A DNA stretch of 63,586 nucleotides, the filler included, from Octopus bimaculoides (Eukaryota), in assembly GCF_001194135.2 (NCBI RefSeq). It is 7 parts of 6 records of this genome, joined end to end, with 100 filler letters (N's around TTAATTAATTAA, not from the genome) between each part and the next. Parts side by side here need not be neighbours in the genome. Positions count along the whole stretch, not along the records: positions 1 to 27,382 come from NC_068993.1; 6 more parts are not named here. One strand, given 5' to 3'. The translations under genes were made by a program, and so were the position numbers. Positions 12,194 to 23,624 of the stretch are shown piece after piece. Under the pieces are notes generated by a model. It had not been told where the DNA came from and did no database searches. It saw only the letters and a list, made by a program, of their open reading frames with translations. Numbering within the stretch: the stretch's first letter is position 1; each line of letters opens with the position of its first letter.

Positions 12194-12729
12194 TGTATGT
12201 ATGTATGTATGTATGTGTGTATGTATGTTTGTAAGTATGAATATCTTCCGTTTTAATTATTTGAAACTTCCCACTAAGGAAGCACCAAGTTTCTAACAAA
12301 CATACAAAGCTGTATGGTTGGAATGTAAATAACAAAAACAAATTCATATGTTATACTATGTATCAGCAAGGAAACTGTAAAGGGGATCATTTAAAAGTCC
12401 CTGCTTCTGACCCTGGATTTCGTTATTCAGAGCTGGCACAAACATGATACTATGGCTAAGAAATTCGTTCCACAGCGACTTCATTAGAGGTTCGGCAAGA
12501 AAACTATGTCTTTGTTTATGTTTCCTAAGCCGGTGGCTCAACAATTATGTATCGATAACATAACAATAAGAATTGGTATCGATAAGTATTATTGAGAAAA
12601 CTAACTAAATAAAGAAAATGTATCTTTCGTGGCTATACCTCAGTATTGTCTTACGGCTGAAACAAGAATGAAAGAATATGTGACTGTGTGCATATATATA
12701 TATATAGGTAGATGGAGTGTTTAGCCTTT

Positions 12730-12924
12730 CTTATTGTGGCACAAGGTCAGTAATTTTGAGGAGATAGAGAAGACCATTACATCGAACTCAGTGTTCAACT
12801 TCTACTTATTTTATCGACTTCGAAATAGTTAGGTGAAAAAGCCGACTTACGGAAAATTGGAACTCAATGTAAAGACGCTAAGCATTTTGTCCGGCGTGCT
12901 AACGAATCTACTAACTCGTTGCCT
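12730..12924 (-). mobile_element. SINE family A, diverged
   Basis: cttattttatcgac, ggaactcaatgtaaagacg, taagcattttgtccggcgtgctaacgaatc. Confidence 0.8.
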
Positions 12925-12954
12925 TGTGTTTGTTTAATATATATATATATACAT

Positions 12955-13011
<57 letters not shown>

Positions 13012-13240
13012 GTAATACTAATGGTCTCTTATTATGAAACTAATAGATTTTATACAGGGCTGCAAGAAGTTCTCAGAACAATTGAGGCAAGAGTAAAATA
13101 TTAGTTATAGAATAAAAATGCTGTGTTAACGACTCAACATATCACACCCCTTCAATGAACATATATAAGAGATACAACATAATCCCTCAAACATAAAGAA
13201 TAAAAAGATATAAAAATGAATATATATTAATAATAATAAT

Positions 13241-13501
13241 TAAAAACAGAAACAATTCCTATCATAGTAGGTGCCTTAGGTATAATAAAAAAATATTCAG
13301 ACAAATACATAACAAAAATAGCAGGACTTACAAATATATATAACATACAGAAAATTGCACTACTGGGTACTGCACACATCCTACGCAAAACACTTTCAAT
13401 ACAGTAAACATAAGAGCACCACAGCAAACCACAGCACATACCCAAGGCGCACAGAGCTGCGCTCGGTAGTGAAGTGAAAGCACGTTATAAAAATAAAACT
13501 A

Positions 13502-13554
<53 letters not shown>

Positions 13555-13574
13555 TAATAATAATAATAATAATA
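13241..13574 (+). mobile_element. 5'-truncated RLE non-LTR retrotransposon (R4/Dong-like) 3' end with 3'UTR and (AAT)n tail
   Basis: Translates to KTETIPIIVGALGIIKKYSDKYITKIAGLTNIYNIQKIALLGTAHILRKTLSIQ* (stop 13405-13407), the typical C-terminus after the RLE domain. (TAA)n lies on both sides. Confidence 0.85.
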
Positions 13575-13742
13575 GAAAATGTAGACAAATACATATAATT
13601 ATATAAGTGTGTTTAAATGTTGAGTAGAGTACCGGCACAGTGTAGGCTACCTGTTGCCATCCGTAGTTATGGTACACTTCCGTTGGGTTTACTTCAAGAA
13701 TTTCGCAGTGGCAGTTAGGGTATTAGTATTAACTTTATCAAT

Positions 13743-13795
13743 GTGCCTGAAGCGACACAGACTCATGGGTCGAAACATATGCTGTACTTAATAAA
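13743..13795 (+). ncRNA. Decayed minimal type I hammerhead ribozyme motif (Penelope-like element terminus)
   Basis: GTGC-CTGAAGC-GACACA(gactca)TGGGTC-GAAA-C(ATAT)G-CT-GTAC followed by AATAAA. Two core positions deviate from consensus. Confidence 0.55.
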
Positions 13796-13834
13796 AGTCT
13801 AACACGAAATCTATTCTCCTACTATCAATTAATA

Positions 13835-13870
<36 letters not shown>

Positions 13871-14152
13871 TAAAATAGACTGCAGTGTGCAATGTTTTAC
13901 CAAAAGGGAAACCTATAATCGTCACTAAATATGACTAAGGTGTTAGAAACATCTACGCTACTAGAAATAAGAGCTAATGTTCGTTGACTATAGTCAATGC
14001 ACATGATTGCACATATATATATATATATAGACAAGGACTATAATCGTCAGAAAACAACGATCGAGAATTCCCTAAAATACATGTATGTATGTATGTATGT
14101 ATGTATGTGTACGTATGTTTGTATGTCTCTCACTATCTCTAAGCATATATGT

Positions 14153-14186
<34 letters not shown>

Positions 14187-14703
14187 ATATTATTCTGCTC
14201 ATTTTTGTTCACTAAAATGTTTTACATCAGTTATATAAAGTCTGACATCAAATTCCTCCCTGTGTCTTTATTCACTCTAAAATCTTTGAAGAAGTTTAAT
14301 TACACAGAAACATGTCTAGAATTGTCTCCGTGCCGTTGAAGATCACAATCACTTTTAACTGAAATCCATATCTAATGAGAATTTCTGGGTTGTCTCCCTT
14401 AGGTTATGAGTAAGAATTAGTCGTTTAACTAATGTTTGCTCTCATCACAAAATTTAGAATTTTAATTAATTCAGATTATCTGGTCTATTATATCAAGTAT
14501 GTTAACATCTCTCTTAATATGAATGCTTTGTGCAGCAGCGGTCTGTGGAAATATTTGCCAATCATTTTTTTTTTATTTCTCGGTAAATTTAGTCTCATTG
14601 TAAGTTCATTCATAAAAATATGAAACACACATATTCTCTGTCTGTCTGTCTGTCTGTCTCTCTGTCACTGTCTCCCTCTCCCTTCCCCCTCTCACACTGT
14701 ATC

Positions 14704-14868
14704 TGTCATCAGACTGCGGCCATGCTGGGGCACCGCATTGAAGAATTTTTAGTCGAATGACTCGACCCCCCAATACTTATTTATTCAATTCTGTTGCCAA
14801 ACTGCTCAATTACGGGGACATGAACGGATCAACTCCGGTTGTCAAGTATACACATATAAATTGTGTAT
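14704..14868 (-). mobile_element. SINE family B, 3' half
   Basis: gactgcggccatgctggggcaccgc ... tagtcgaa ... ccggttgtcaag. Confidence 0.85.
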
Positions 14869-14904
14869 GTATGTTTGTGATTTTAGAAAACACAGGATAT
14901 ATAT

Positions 14905-14961
<57 letters not shown>

Positions 14962-14986
14962 CACGCGCACATACACACACAGTAAT

Positions 14987-15219
14987 GGCGGCGAGCTGGC
15001 AGAACCGTTTAGCACACCGGGCGAAATGCTTAGCGGTATTTCGTCTGCCCGCTACGTTCTGAGTTCAAATTCCGCCGAGGTCGACTTTGCCCTTCATCCT
15101 TTCGGGGTCGAATAAATAAGTACCAGTTACGCACTGGGGTCGATATAATCGATTTAATCCGTTTGTCTGTCCTTGTTTGTCCCCTCTGTGTGTAGCCCCT
15201 TGTGGGTAGTAAAGAAATA
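14987..15219 (+). mobile_element. SINE family A, full length, young, variant 3' tail
   Basis: tRNA-like head ggcggcgagctggcagaa ... gagttcaaattcc. Near-perfect TSD acacacagtaat (14975-14986) / acacacattaat (15220-15231). Confidence 0.9.
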
Positions 15220-15687
15220 ACACACATTAATGTATGTATGTGTGTACGGATATTTGTAAGTATAGTAGACATAAAAACATTTTGACATCTCGGCAGGATA
15301 ACGTTTACTAATATATGCATATTTTATTTTTATAGGCGTTTCAGAGATACGTCCTTCTGTTAAAATATCAGCTTAAACGCTAACAAATGGCTCAACCATG
15401 GCTCTGACAGACGGTTAATTACTAAAAGATAATACTCAGTGAATAAATAATTCGGTTCAGGAATACCTGCTTACCTCAAAATCACTCCTAACTATTTTAT
15501 TGCTTTTCCTAGTAGAACACTTGTGATGTATTTTCCCTATCGATGTAAGTCATGTTTTTTTCTTTGCAATGTATGAATAGGTTTGTCTCGCTTTCCTTTT
15601 ATATTCCAGTTGCATAATATTCAGTTCTTCGTGGTGAACAGCTACTTGTAGTAAGATTTCATACCATAAAGTCCTTCTGTTCCAACA

Positions 15688-15731
15688 CCGGCTGATGAAG
15701 CGAGTAGTTGTTGAAACATATTGACGACCGG
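15688..15731 (+). ncRNA. Decayed hammerhead-like motif
   Basis: CCGG-CTGATGA-AGCGA(gtag)TTGTT-GAAA-CATAT...CCGG. The core and stem II fit, but stem III and the cleavage triplet are disrupted. Confidence 0.35.
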
Positions 15732-15788
15732 GAAGGTTACTACAAGGTTAAATTAATGCATTTTTTCTTCATGTTAGGTTTACGTACC

Positions 15789-15839
<51 letters not shown>

Positions 15840-15963
15840 CCTGTCTGTCTGTCTGTAAACACATACATATATATATGCATATATGTATGTACGTGCACAC
15901 ACTCGCACCCGAACACTCATATATACATACATACATACACACGTACGTACATACATACATACA

Positions 15964-15994
<31 letters not shown>

Positions 15995-16521
15995 GTATAT
16001 GTGTGAGGGAGAGAAAGAGAGGGATCTTGAACTAATGTTAATGAATGCAAAATGAGAAACGTGGAAATTAACCAAGGAAATAAATGCGTCCAAACCTTAG
16101 AAGAAGGCCGACAGCTTGTAGATTGTATTCATAAATAAGTAATATTAACATCTCTCTTTATCCCTATTAGGATAAAACATTTAAATCGCTTCCATATATC
16201 TTGAAAAATTACTTCAATATGTCGGCACGGAAAAGTCCAACTCGGTTTCTCTAAGGATTGAGCTAATACATTAAAGAAACAGAATAAATATATAAATAAT
16301 TGTTAGACATTTTAATCCGGCTTTCAGCATTTCGTCAGCTAATTATTGTTTCTGACATAGAGATAAATCCTGAAGTTCGAGGTTGGGAAATAGTCAATTA
16401 TATTGATTCTAGTGTTGGGCTAGCTCTTTATTTTACCCGAAAGCCTAAAGGAAAAATTAACCAAATTCAACGCAACTCCAAGTCATCTGAAAATAAGCAA
16501 CTGTAAGGGAATGGTATAGAG

Positions 16522-16803
16522 CAGTCATTCTCAGATTCTCAGCTGGAGTCCATATGGCTCATATGGAGTCCATATGCCTCATATGGGGTCCATATAAGCT
16601 TTTGCTATTAAAATCTATCTGCCATAAATTGATTATACTTTTACAATGCACAAAATATTTTAATTTTTTAAATACAATTCCTAATAATATTTGATTATAG
16701 AAATATACTCGGAGTTTTTAAACATTGAATGGCTAAGAAGACCAAACCGAGTAAAATAGGAACCAAAGGGGATCCATAGATAAAAAATGGTTGAGAAACA
16801 CTG
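16522..16803. mobile_element. hAT-superfamily MITE (non-autonomous)
   Basis: Imperfect TIRs cagtcattctcag / gttgagaaacactg and an 8-bp TSD gtatagag (16514-16521) / gtatagaa (16804-16811). No ORF. Confidence 0.8.
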
Positions 16804-17214
16804 GTATAGAAGATTCGACTTATTTCAAAGGCAAACTTAAACAAAGTGGAATTTAATTGTTGATTTCCCTACTCTTGTTTTATTACTCAAAACCATGATT
16901 TGTAACACCTCAGTTTCTGATATTTTTCACTATAATTTTTGATATTCCACTTTCTGTTATGCTACACCATAGTTCTGATACTGGAAATTCTACAACTTCA
17001 CAGTATAGATACCTATACGCCACATTTCTGATACTCTATCTTTTTTCTTCGCACCACAATTTACATTTTCACACACTACACCATCATTTCTCATGCACTT
17101 AGCCATTATACTCGTCGTCTTATCTCCCATTACTCCAGCGTCATATTTTTCGATACACTACATGCCGTTACACTGCACATTAATATCAGTCTGTGTTTAT
17201 TTCACTACATCGTA

Positions 17215-17365
17215 ATTCTTTTCTAGTTTTGAGAAACCTAATTTCTGAAGATTGGTATTTAAGCAATGTGTTACATATCCCAGAACCCCAATAATTACAG
17301 GTATAATCCTGAACTTGTAATCTGGATAGAGTAACAGCAGATTTCTCAATAGTTCAGCGTAGGTT
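17215..17365 (-). mobile_element. RLE non-LTR retrotransposon ORF fragment (second family)
   Basis: RKTYAELLRNLLLLYPDYKFRIIPVIIGVLGYVTHCLNTNLQKLGFSK contains the P-V-I-I-G-x-L-G motif of RLE C-termini. Confidence 0.75.
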
Positions 17366-17431
17366 TTCCTCTTGTGTCTATGAATGTGTGAATGTATGTA
17401 TGTGTATGGATGTATGTATATACGTATGTCC

Positions 17432-17462
<31 letters not shown>

Positions 17463-17899
17463 TGTATGTATGTATGTATGTGTGTTTATGTATGTATGTA
17501 TGTATGTATGCATGTGTGGACAGATGGATGGTTGGATGACCGGATGAATGTATGTATGGTGTATGTCTGTATGTGTGTGCGCGTGTGTTTGTGACTATTT
17601 AAAACTTTGCTCCAGATTATACTATACTAGCCTAGTGCTGGTGCATTCCACACTGGCTGTGATTTCCTGAATGTTCCATTGTATTGAGGGGGGGAGGGCA
17701 AGTGTATGTCTCCATCTGCTTGTGACAAAACAACATTGCTGGCGTTGTACCTCAATTAGAAACACACACACACACATATGAATGCATGTATGTATGTATG
17801 TATGTATGTATGTATGTATGTATGCATGTATGTATGCATGCGTGTGTATGTGTGTGGGTGTTTATGTATGTATGTATGTATGTATGTATGTATGTATGT

Positions 17900-18140
17900 A
17901 TTCTTGTTTCTGTCATTAGTTGTGGCCATTCTGTGGAACCGACTTGAAGTCTTTTAGTCGAACAACTCAACCCCTGTTCTTTTCATTATATTAAAACTGG
18001 GGCCTATTTTATTGGTCATTTTAGCTGAACCGCTAAGCTATAGGCACGGTCAGCCCGAAGCTATTGCAGAAGATATTTACTTAAGGTGCCTGAACCGTGA
18101 ACCATGTGGCTTGGAAATAAACTTCTTACCACACAGCCAC
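17900..18140 (-). mobile_element. SINE family B, internally deleted
   Basis: Tail ttgtttctgtcatt, ctgaaccgctaag, and head cttcttaccacacagccac. Confidence 0.75.
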
Positions 18141-18346
18141 ACATATATATAAATGCGTATGTGTATCGGTTCCATTGTTTTGACAGTTTAACAGGATTCT
18201 TACCTTTAAAGATTACGATTTTTAATTTGTAAGTATCCCATTTAAGAAAAATATTAACTTGTAAAACTGAAAGATAGCATATCCCGTTGCTGTAACTCGA
18301 TCTGGAAAATCTATAGTAATTGTCACCACAGTACATTATTAATGGT

Positions 18347-18731
18347 GGAGGCGCAATGGCCCAGTGGTTAGGGCAGCGGACTCGCGGTCATAGGATCGCG
18401 GTTTCGATTCCCAGACCGGGCATTGTGAGTGTTTATTGAGCGAAAACACCTCAAGCTCCACGAGGCTCCGGCAGGGGATGGTGACGATCCCTGCTGTACT
18501 CTTTCACCACAACTTTCTCTCACTCTTACTTCCTGGTTCTGTTGTGCCTGTAATTCAAAGGGTCAGCCTTGTCACACTGTGTCACGCTGACTATCCCCGA
18601 GAACTACGTTAAGGGTACACGTGTCTGTGGAGTGCTCAGTCACTTGCACGTTAATTTCACGAGCAGGCTGTTCCGTTGATCGGATCAAATGGAACCCCCA
18701 ACGTCGTAAGCGACAGAGTGCCAACACACAG
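18347..18731 (+). mobile_element. SINE family C, full length, young tRNA-derived SINE
   Basis: A box TGGCCCAGTGG (18357-18367), B box GGTTTCGATTCCC (18400-18412), and perfect 12-bp TSD attattaatggt (18335-18346 / 18732-18743). Confidence 0.9.
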
Positions 18732-18786
18732 ATTATTAATGGTAAAATAACTACTTTGCTAATGACCAACAAAAATATAGTAATCC

Positions 18787-18999
18787 TTTCTGCTGGAAGC
18801 ACACTGCCTCAAATTTGGTGGGGAGGGGACTAGTCGATTACATCGACCCCAGTACTCAACTGGTACTTAATTTATCGACTCCCAAATGATGAAAGGTAAC
18901 GTCGACCTCGGCGGAATTCGAACTCAGAACGTAGCGACAGACGAAATACCGTTAAGCATTTCCCCAGGCGTGCTAACGATTCTGCCAGCTCACCGTCTT
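18787..18999 (-). mobile_element. SINE family A, near full length
   Basis: gtcgacctcggcggaattcgaactcagaacgtag ... gctaacgattctgccagctcaccgtc. Confidence 0.9.
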
Positions 19000-19134
19000 A
19001 ACAAGAATATAGTAATGATAGCGAACAGAAGTGGTTATGGCGTTTATACATTTACCAACGCAGTTTATGATGTAACTGGAAGAAGTTCTGGCAAAGAATG
19101 AAACTTTAGTCTCAAGTATGTTCCACTAAACTTC

Positions 19135-19409
19135 TGACTACGTTCAACCACCGTTAAGAGGTTTCTGTGCGTGATCACTCGATCAGATAGAAACAGCTGC
19201 CAAAACCTCCATCAAATCAGAACCTACCGTCTTCCTAGAGAACAGATACATTGAACAGTACAGTCGGCTTTTGACTACGTTCAGCCACTGATAAGAGGTA
19301 TCTCTACGTGCTCGTTCGATCAGTTAGAAATAACAGCCAAACTGCCCTCAAATCAGAACCTACCATCTTCAGAGAGAACAGATACGTTGATCAGTATATT
19401 TTCTGACTT
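19135..19409. repeat. Head-to-tail dimer of a 137-bp unit (fragment of another interspersed repeat)
   Basis: Units start at 19135 and 19272 and share tgactacgttca ... cgatcag ... aaatcagaacctacc.tctt...agagaacagatac. A related reverse fragment lies near 56845-56885. Confidence 0.8.
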
Positions 19410-19844
19410 AAAAAAAGATGGGATTGTAACGGTTGTAATGTTTTTGATCTACAGTTTACTTGTCTTCCCGATCAAGTTTGAACTGGGGATAAACAACCCC
19501 ATCACCACCAACACCAAATTGCTCAATTACTGATACTTTCTTTTGACCAGGGTATACTTCATTAAACGTTCCTAGTAATTACTATTGAGTAAACCAAGTT
19601 TTATTTTAAGCTGAGGCCATTGCTTTCACTTCTTTAATGCATTTGGAAAAGGTTTGAATATCACAGTCGCCATTTTATTTCTCTGAGGCCAGTGAGTTGT
19701 TAGCTACTTCTGAACAGCTAATACGTGTCGTATGAATGTGTTGGATAGATCAATATATTTGATTAATTTGAATATATTTGTAGTTTGTATGTAGAAGCAG
19801 GTAAATCAACCTGAGAGGTATTGGTGAACCCGGGGCTATAGTGG

Positions 19845-19925
19845 AAAACATTTAGCCACGGTGCCGTGTAGAGGTACTGAAATCGAAACCACATTGCTAC
19901 AAAGCTTGTTAACCACACAGCCATG
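19845..19925 (-). mobile_element. SINE family B head fragment
   Basis: ctatagtggaaaaca ... cggtgcc ... ttaaccacacagccatg. Confidence 0.55.
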
Positions 19926-20317
19926 TTAACCATACAGCTATATTTGTGCCCGTATTTAGCTTTATAATATGCTTTGTATAATTCTAGTTATCTCATAATT
20001 GCAATAGAGATATTTGAACGATTCATGAAGTATTTCCACTCAGACATAAGCAACATATTAACACAGTGTAATACCCTCAATTCAATCACTTTAACCAATG
20101 TTATTAACAACCTCTTTTTTGTATTTATAACAGGACCAATACAGCAATTGAGAAGAGAACAGTCAAATGTATCAATCCCATGACTAGAATCTCAATGGTT
20201 CTTCGCGAAAGTCAAGCAAGATTGGATTAGGATATAAAATGAATAAATGCTACATGGTATTTTATCCGGTATTCTATCATTTTCCTTTTCTATCTGGTTG
20301 TTACAGTCTTGTATCTT

Positions 20318-20720
20318 TTTTTCTTTTTAACCTTTTACTTGTTTCAGTCATTACACTGCGGCCATGCTGGGGCACCGCCTGAAAGAATTTTAGTCCAGTG
20401 AATAAACCCCGATACTTTTTTAAGCCTGGTATTTAATCTATCAGTCTCTTTTGCCGAACCATTAAGTTACAGGGACGTAAACATACAAAACACCAGTTGT
20501 CAAGTGGGGTACAAACATAAACACACACACACACATACACACATGTATATGTATATGTATATATAGCACGGGCTTCTTTCAGTTTCCGTCTACCAAATCC
20601 ATTTAGAAGGCTTTGGTCTGTCCGAGGTTATAGTAGAAGACACTCACCTAAGGTGCCACGCAGTGGGACTGAAACCGGAACCATTTGGCTAGGAAGCAAA
20701 CTTCTGATCACACAGCCATA
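20318..20720 (-). mobile_element. SINE family B, full length
   Basis: Complete order of tail (ttttacttgtttcagtc), body, microsatellite, tttcagtttccgtctaccaaatcc and head. Confidence 0.9.
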
Positions 20721-21100
20721 CATACATACATACATACATACATACATACATACATACATACATACATACATGAACACTGCCAGTCTGGTGAAAAGGGGAC
20801 GTTTTCTCTGTAGTATCTGTAGATGTCTACCAAGAGCTGAACTCAGTCATCAGCAGAGCCACAAAAAGAAAATAATAATAATAATAATAATAAGTATAAT
20901 TTTGTCTGAGCGCAGAGCTAGGTCAATGTCGGACAGTCCCACGATGGCCTAGCTAACCGAAACTTCGAAGTCATTGTTAGCAACATTCTTGTTTAAGAAC
21001 AATAAATAAATTTGTACTCTACAAAAGTACAGAGTAACTTATTAGATTAATGTAAAATTGTTTTTATTATAACTGAGCATAAATGTAAACATTGATATAT

Positions 21101-21598
21101 ACACACACACACATACATTTATACAATCTCACATGTGCATACATTTACACACGCACACATACATACATACACACGCACAAACACACTTACACACACTCCC
21201 TCCTTACACACACATAAACACACATGTATTCGAACAAGTAGAGAAGAGTCGTGACATAAATAAGTTCATAAATTTAAATAAANNNNNNNNNNNNNNNNNN
21301 NNNNNNNNNNNNNNNNNNNNNNNNNNNNNNNNNNNNNNNNNNNNNNNNNNNNNNNNNNNNNNNNNNNNATATATATATATATATATATATATATAGACGG
21401 ACAGACTCACACACACACACACACACACATACATTTATACAATCTCACATGTGCATACATTTACACACGCACACATACATACATACACACGCACAAACAC
21501 ACTTACACACACTCCCTCCTTACACACACATAAACACACATGTATTCGAACAAGTAGAGAAGAGTCGTGACATAAATAAGTTCATAAATTTAAATAAA
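21101..21598. other. Exact ~182-bp duplication flanking an N-gap (21101-21282 = 21417-21598); probable assembly artefact
   Basis: Identical copies offset by 316 bp on either side of gap 21283-21368. Confidence 0.8.
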
Positions 21599-22191
21599 TA
21601 GAATAAACACATTTTAAATCTCAGTTTCCTGCTGAAGATTAAACACTTTTAGGATTCATGTGGAGTTATCTCCAAGCAATACATCCTTCTCTTTATCAAG
21701 AGCTTAAACTAAATGGTTTAATATATTTATCTGAGTTGAACCAGTTTCCTAAACCTCGCCTTCCGACAGAAATATTACATTTTATTTCTTACTTCCATTC
21801 TCCTGAACTAATACACGTGACAAACATTAACACATACACACAAAGTATGCTTGTTGCTAGAAAAGCAATGATGAAGAATTTGAATTTGTGCAATATTGTA
21901 TTGTAGGAGAGAGCTTCAGCTTGGAACAGTTTTTCACTGTTTTACCACAAAAACGGTCAGCTATCTTATTAATATAAAGTAAGTGATAGATTAAGTAGAA
22001 TGGGCGCTTGTTTTTATGGCTGAAGAAAAATATCACAAGAGACAGTAATGTATACAAACAAATACATTGGGTTTAACAAATGTTACATAATGAATTGAGA
22101 AACTTAGGTCACAACATTATCCAAGCAATGAGCATTGATATCCATACACAGCATCATTCCTTTGTCTTAATCCTGCTGAGTAAGAATATAT

Positions 22192-22232
22192 TTCTAAGAG
22201 GAGGCCTAATGAGACCGAAACATATCTTCTGT
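22192..22232 (+). ncRNA. Heavily decayed hammerhead-like motif
   Basis: ctaagagga-GGCC(taatga)GACC-GAAA-CATAT. Same layout and GAAACATAT as at 13772 and 15713. Confidence 0.3.
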
Positions 22233-22575
22233 TTTCACCAGTTAGCCTAAAAGACCAGAACAACTCCAATCTGTATTATCTATATTGTCCCAAAACATTC
22301 GATCAACTGATCTTATTAGAATTATCTTCTTTGCTTGCTATGTATAAATCTTAAACAATCCTTGAGAGTCGGTTATTTTTTATATATCTGGTTGACTGAT
22401 TTTTTTCAGTTTACTGCTCAGATGTATTTGAAAACTTGCATTGCAAAAAAGACGGATGAGATATTTTTCGGTCTCCACTATATTTGGAGTAAAAGTACCT
22501 CGATTTCTGTGAGACTCTATGATTCCATTTGATATTTAGCTCCTTCTAATGCGGTAGGCCACTTTATATCCATCA

Positions 22576-22619
<44 letters not shown>

Positions 22620-22688
22620 GTCTATCTACCCGTCCATCCATCCATCCATCCATCCATCTATCCATCCATCCATCCATCCATGTGCGTG

Positions 22689-22720
<32 letters not shown>

Positions 22721-23624
22721 TGTATGTATGTACGGATGGATGGATGGATGTAGTATCATATGCGTGTCGTACAAACATTTGACATCTTCCACCCTCTTTC
22801 CTGTGCTCGAACACAAGCATACACTCGTGGACTCTCTCCCACTCTCTTTCTCTCCCTCTCTCTCTCACGCATAGACACACGCACATACTTGCACATGCAT
22901 ATACACACACGCACACAAAAACATACACATACACTCACTTTCTTTGCATGTCACACATATACGCAAGTACCCAAGTGTATCTAGGGTTGTGCATATATTT
23001 GTGGGGATATTTGGGGGAATTATTCAGAAAGGGCGCTAACTCAGGTTACTTCCCACTGAGATTTTACTCACACAACTGTACTTCCCAATCCATGTTAATA
23101 TTCTGGTCAAGCATAACTGTTCTAGTTTTTTTAGTTAGATTACTTGTTCAAGGAAAGTGAAATCTTAATTGGAATAAAATACTTTGAATGCTTTGTGATA
23201 TGTCGGAGGAAACTGAATCTAATTAAACAGACCAATGAAATGCCATGTAATTTATTTAACCTGCTTGCAAAACTCTTTGAAAGAACATGATTAGATCTGG
23301 GGATTTTGAAGATTTTAGGATTTTATATTTCTGCTCTCAAAATAATTTCAGGCAATGCTCTAAAGTAAGGATCTATTATAACAAAGGCGTGAGACATACA
23401 TGGAAGAATGCTAAGAAATGTCTTTAATAACAGCCCTGCTAGCACAAAGCTTGTGTGTTGATTCTTCAGATATGACACGTATACAGCAAAAGGATTGTTG
23501 TTGTTATTGTTGTTGTTGTTACTGAGCATTCATCCTAGTGTGACCATCCTGTCTATTACTGGTATGTCAACACTCATATACACCATTATATATATGTATA
23601 TATATATCGTATCTTTTATCCTTT

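Noticed and set aside
12319-12329. TGGAATGTAAA, the first 11 nt of miR-1
   Set aside because: The 3' half does not match and no hairpin is present.
16546-16600. Short spaced repeats resembling a CRISPR array
   Set aside because: Eukaryotic context, 20-bp tandem units with no unique spacers, inside a MITE.
18347-18420. tRNA gene
   Set aside because: The acceptor and anticodon stems do not pair, there is no oligo-T terminator, and it continues into a SINE body bounded by a TSD.
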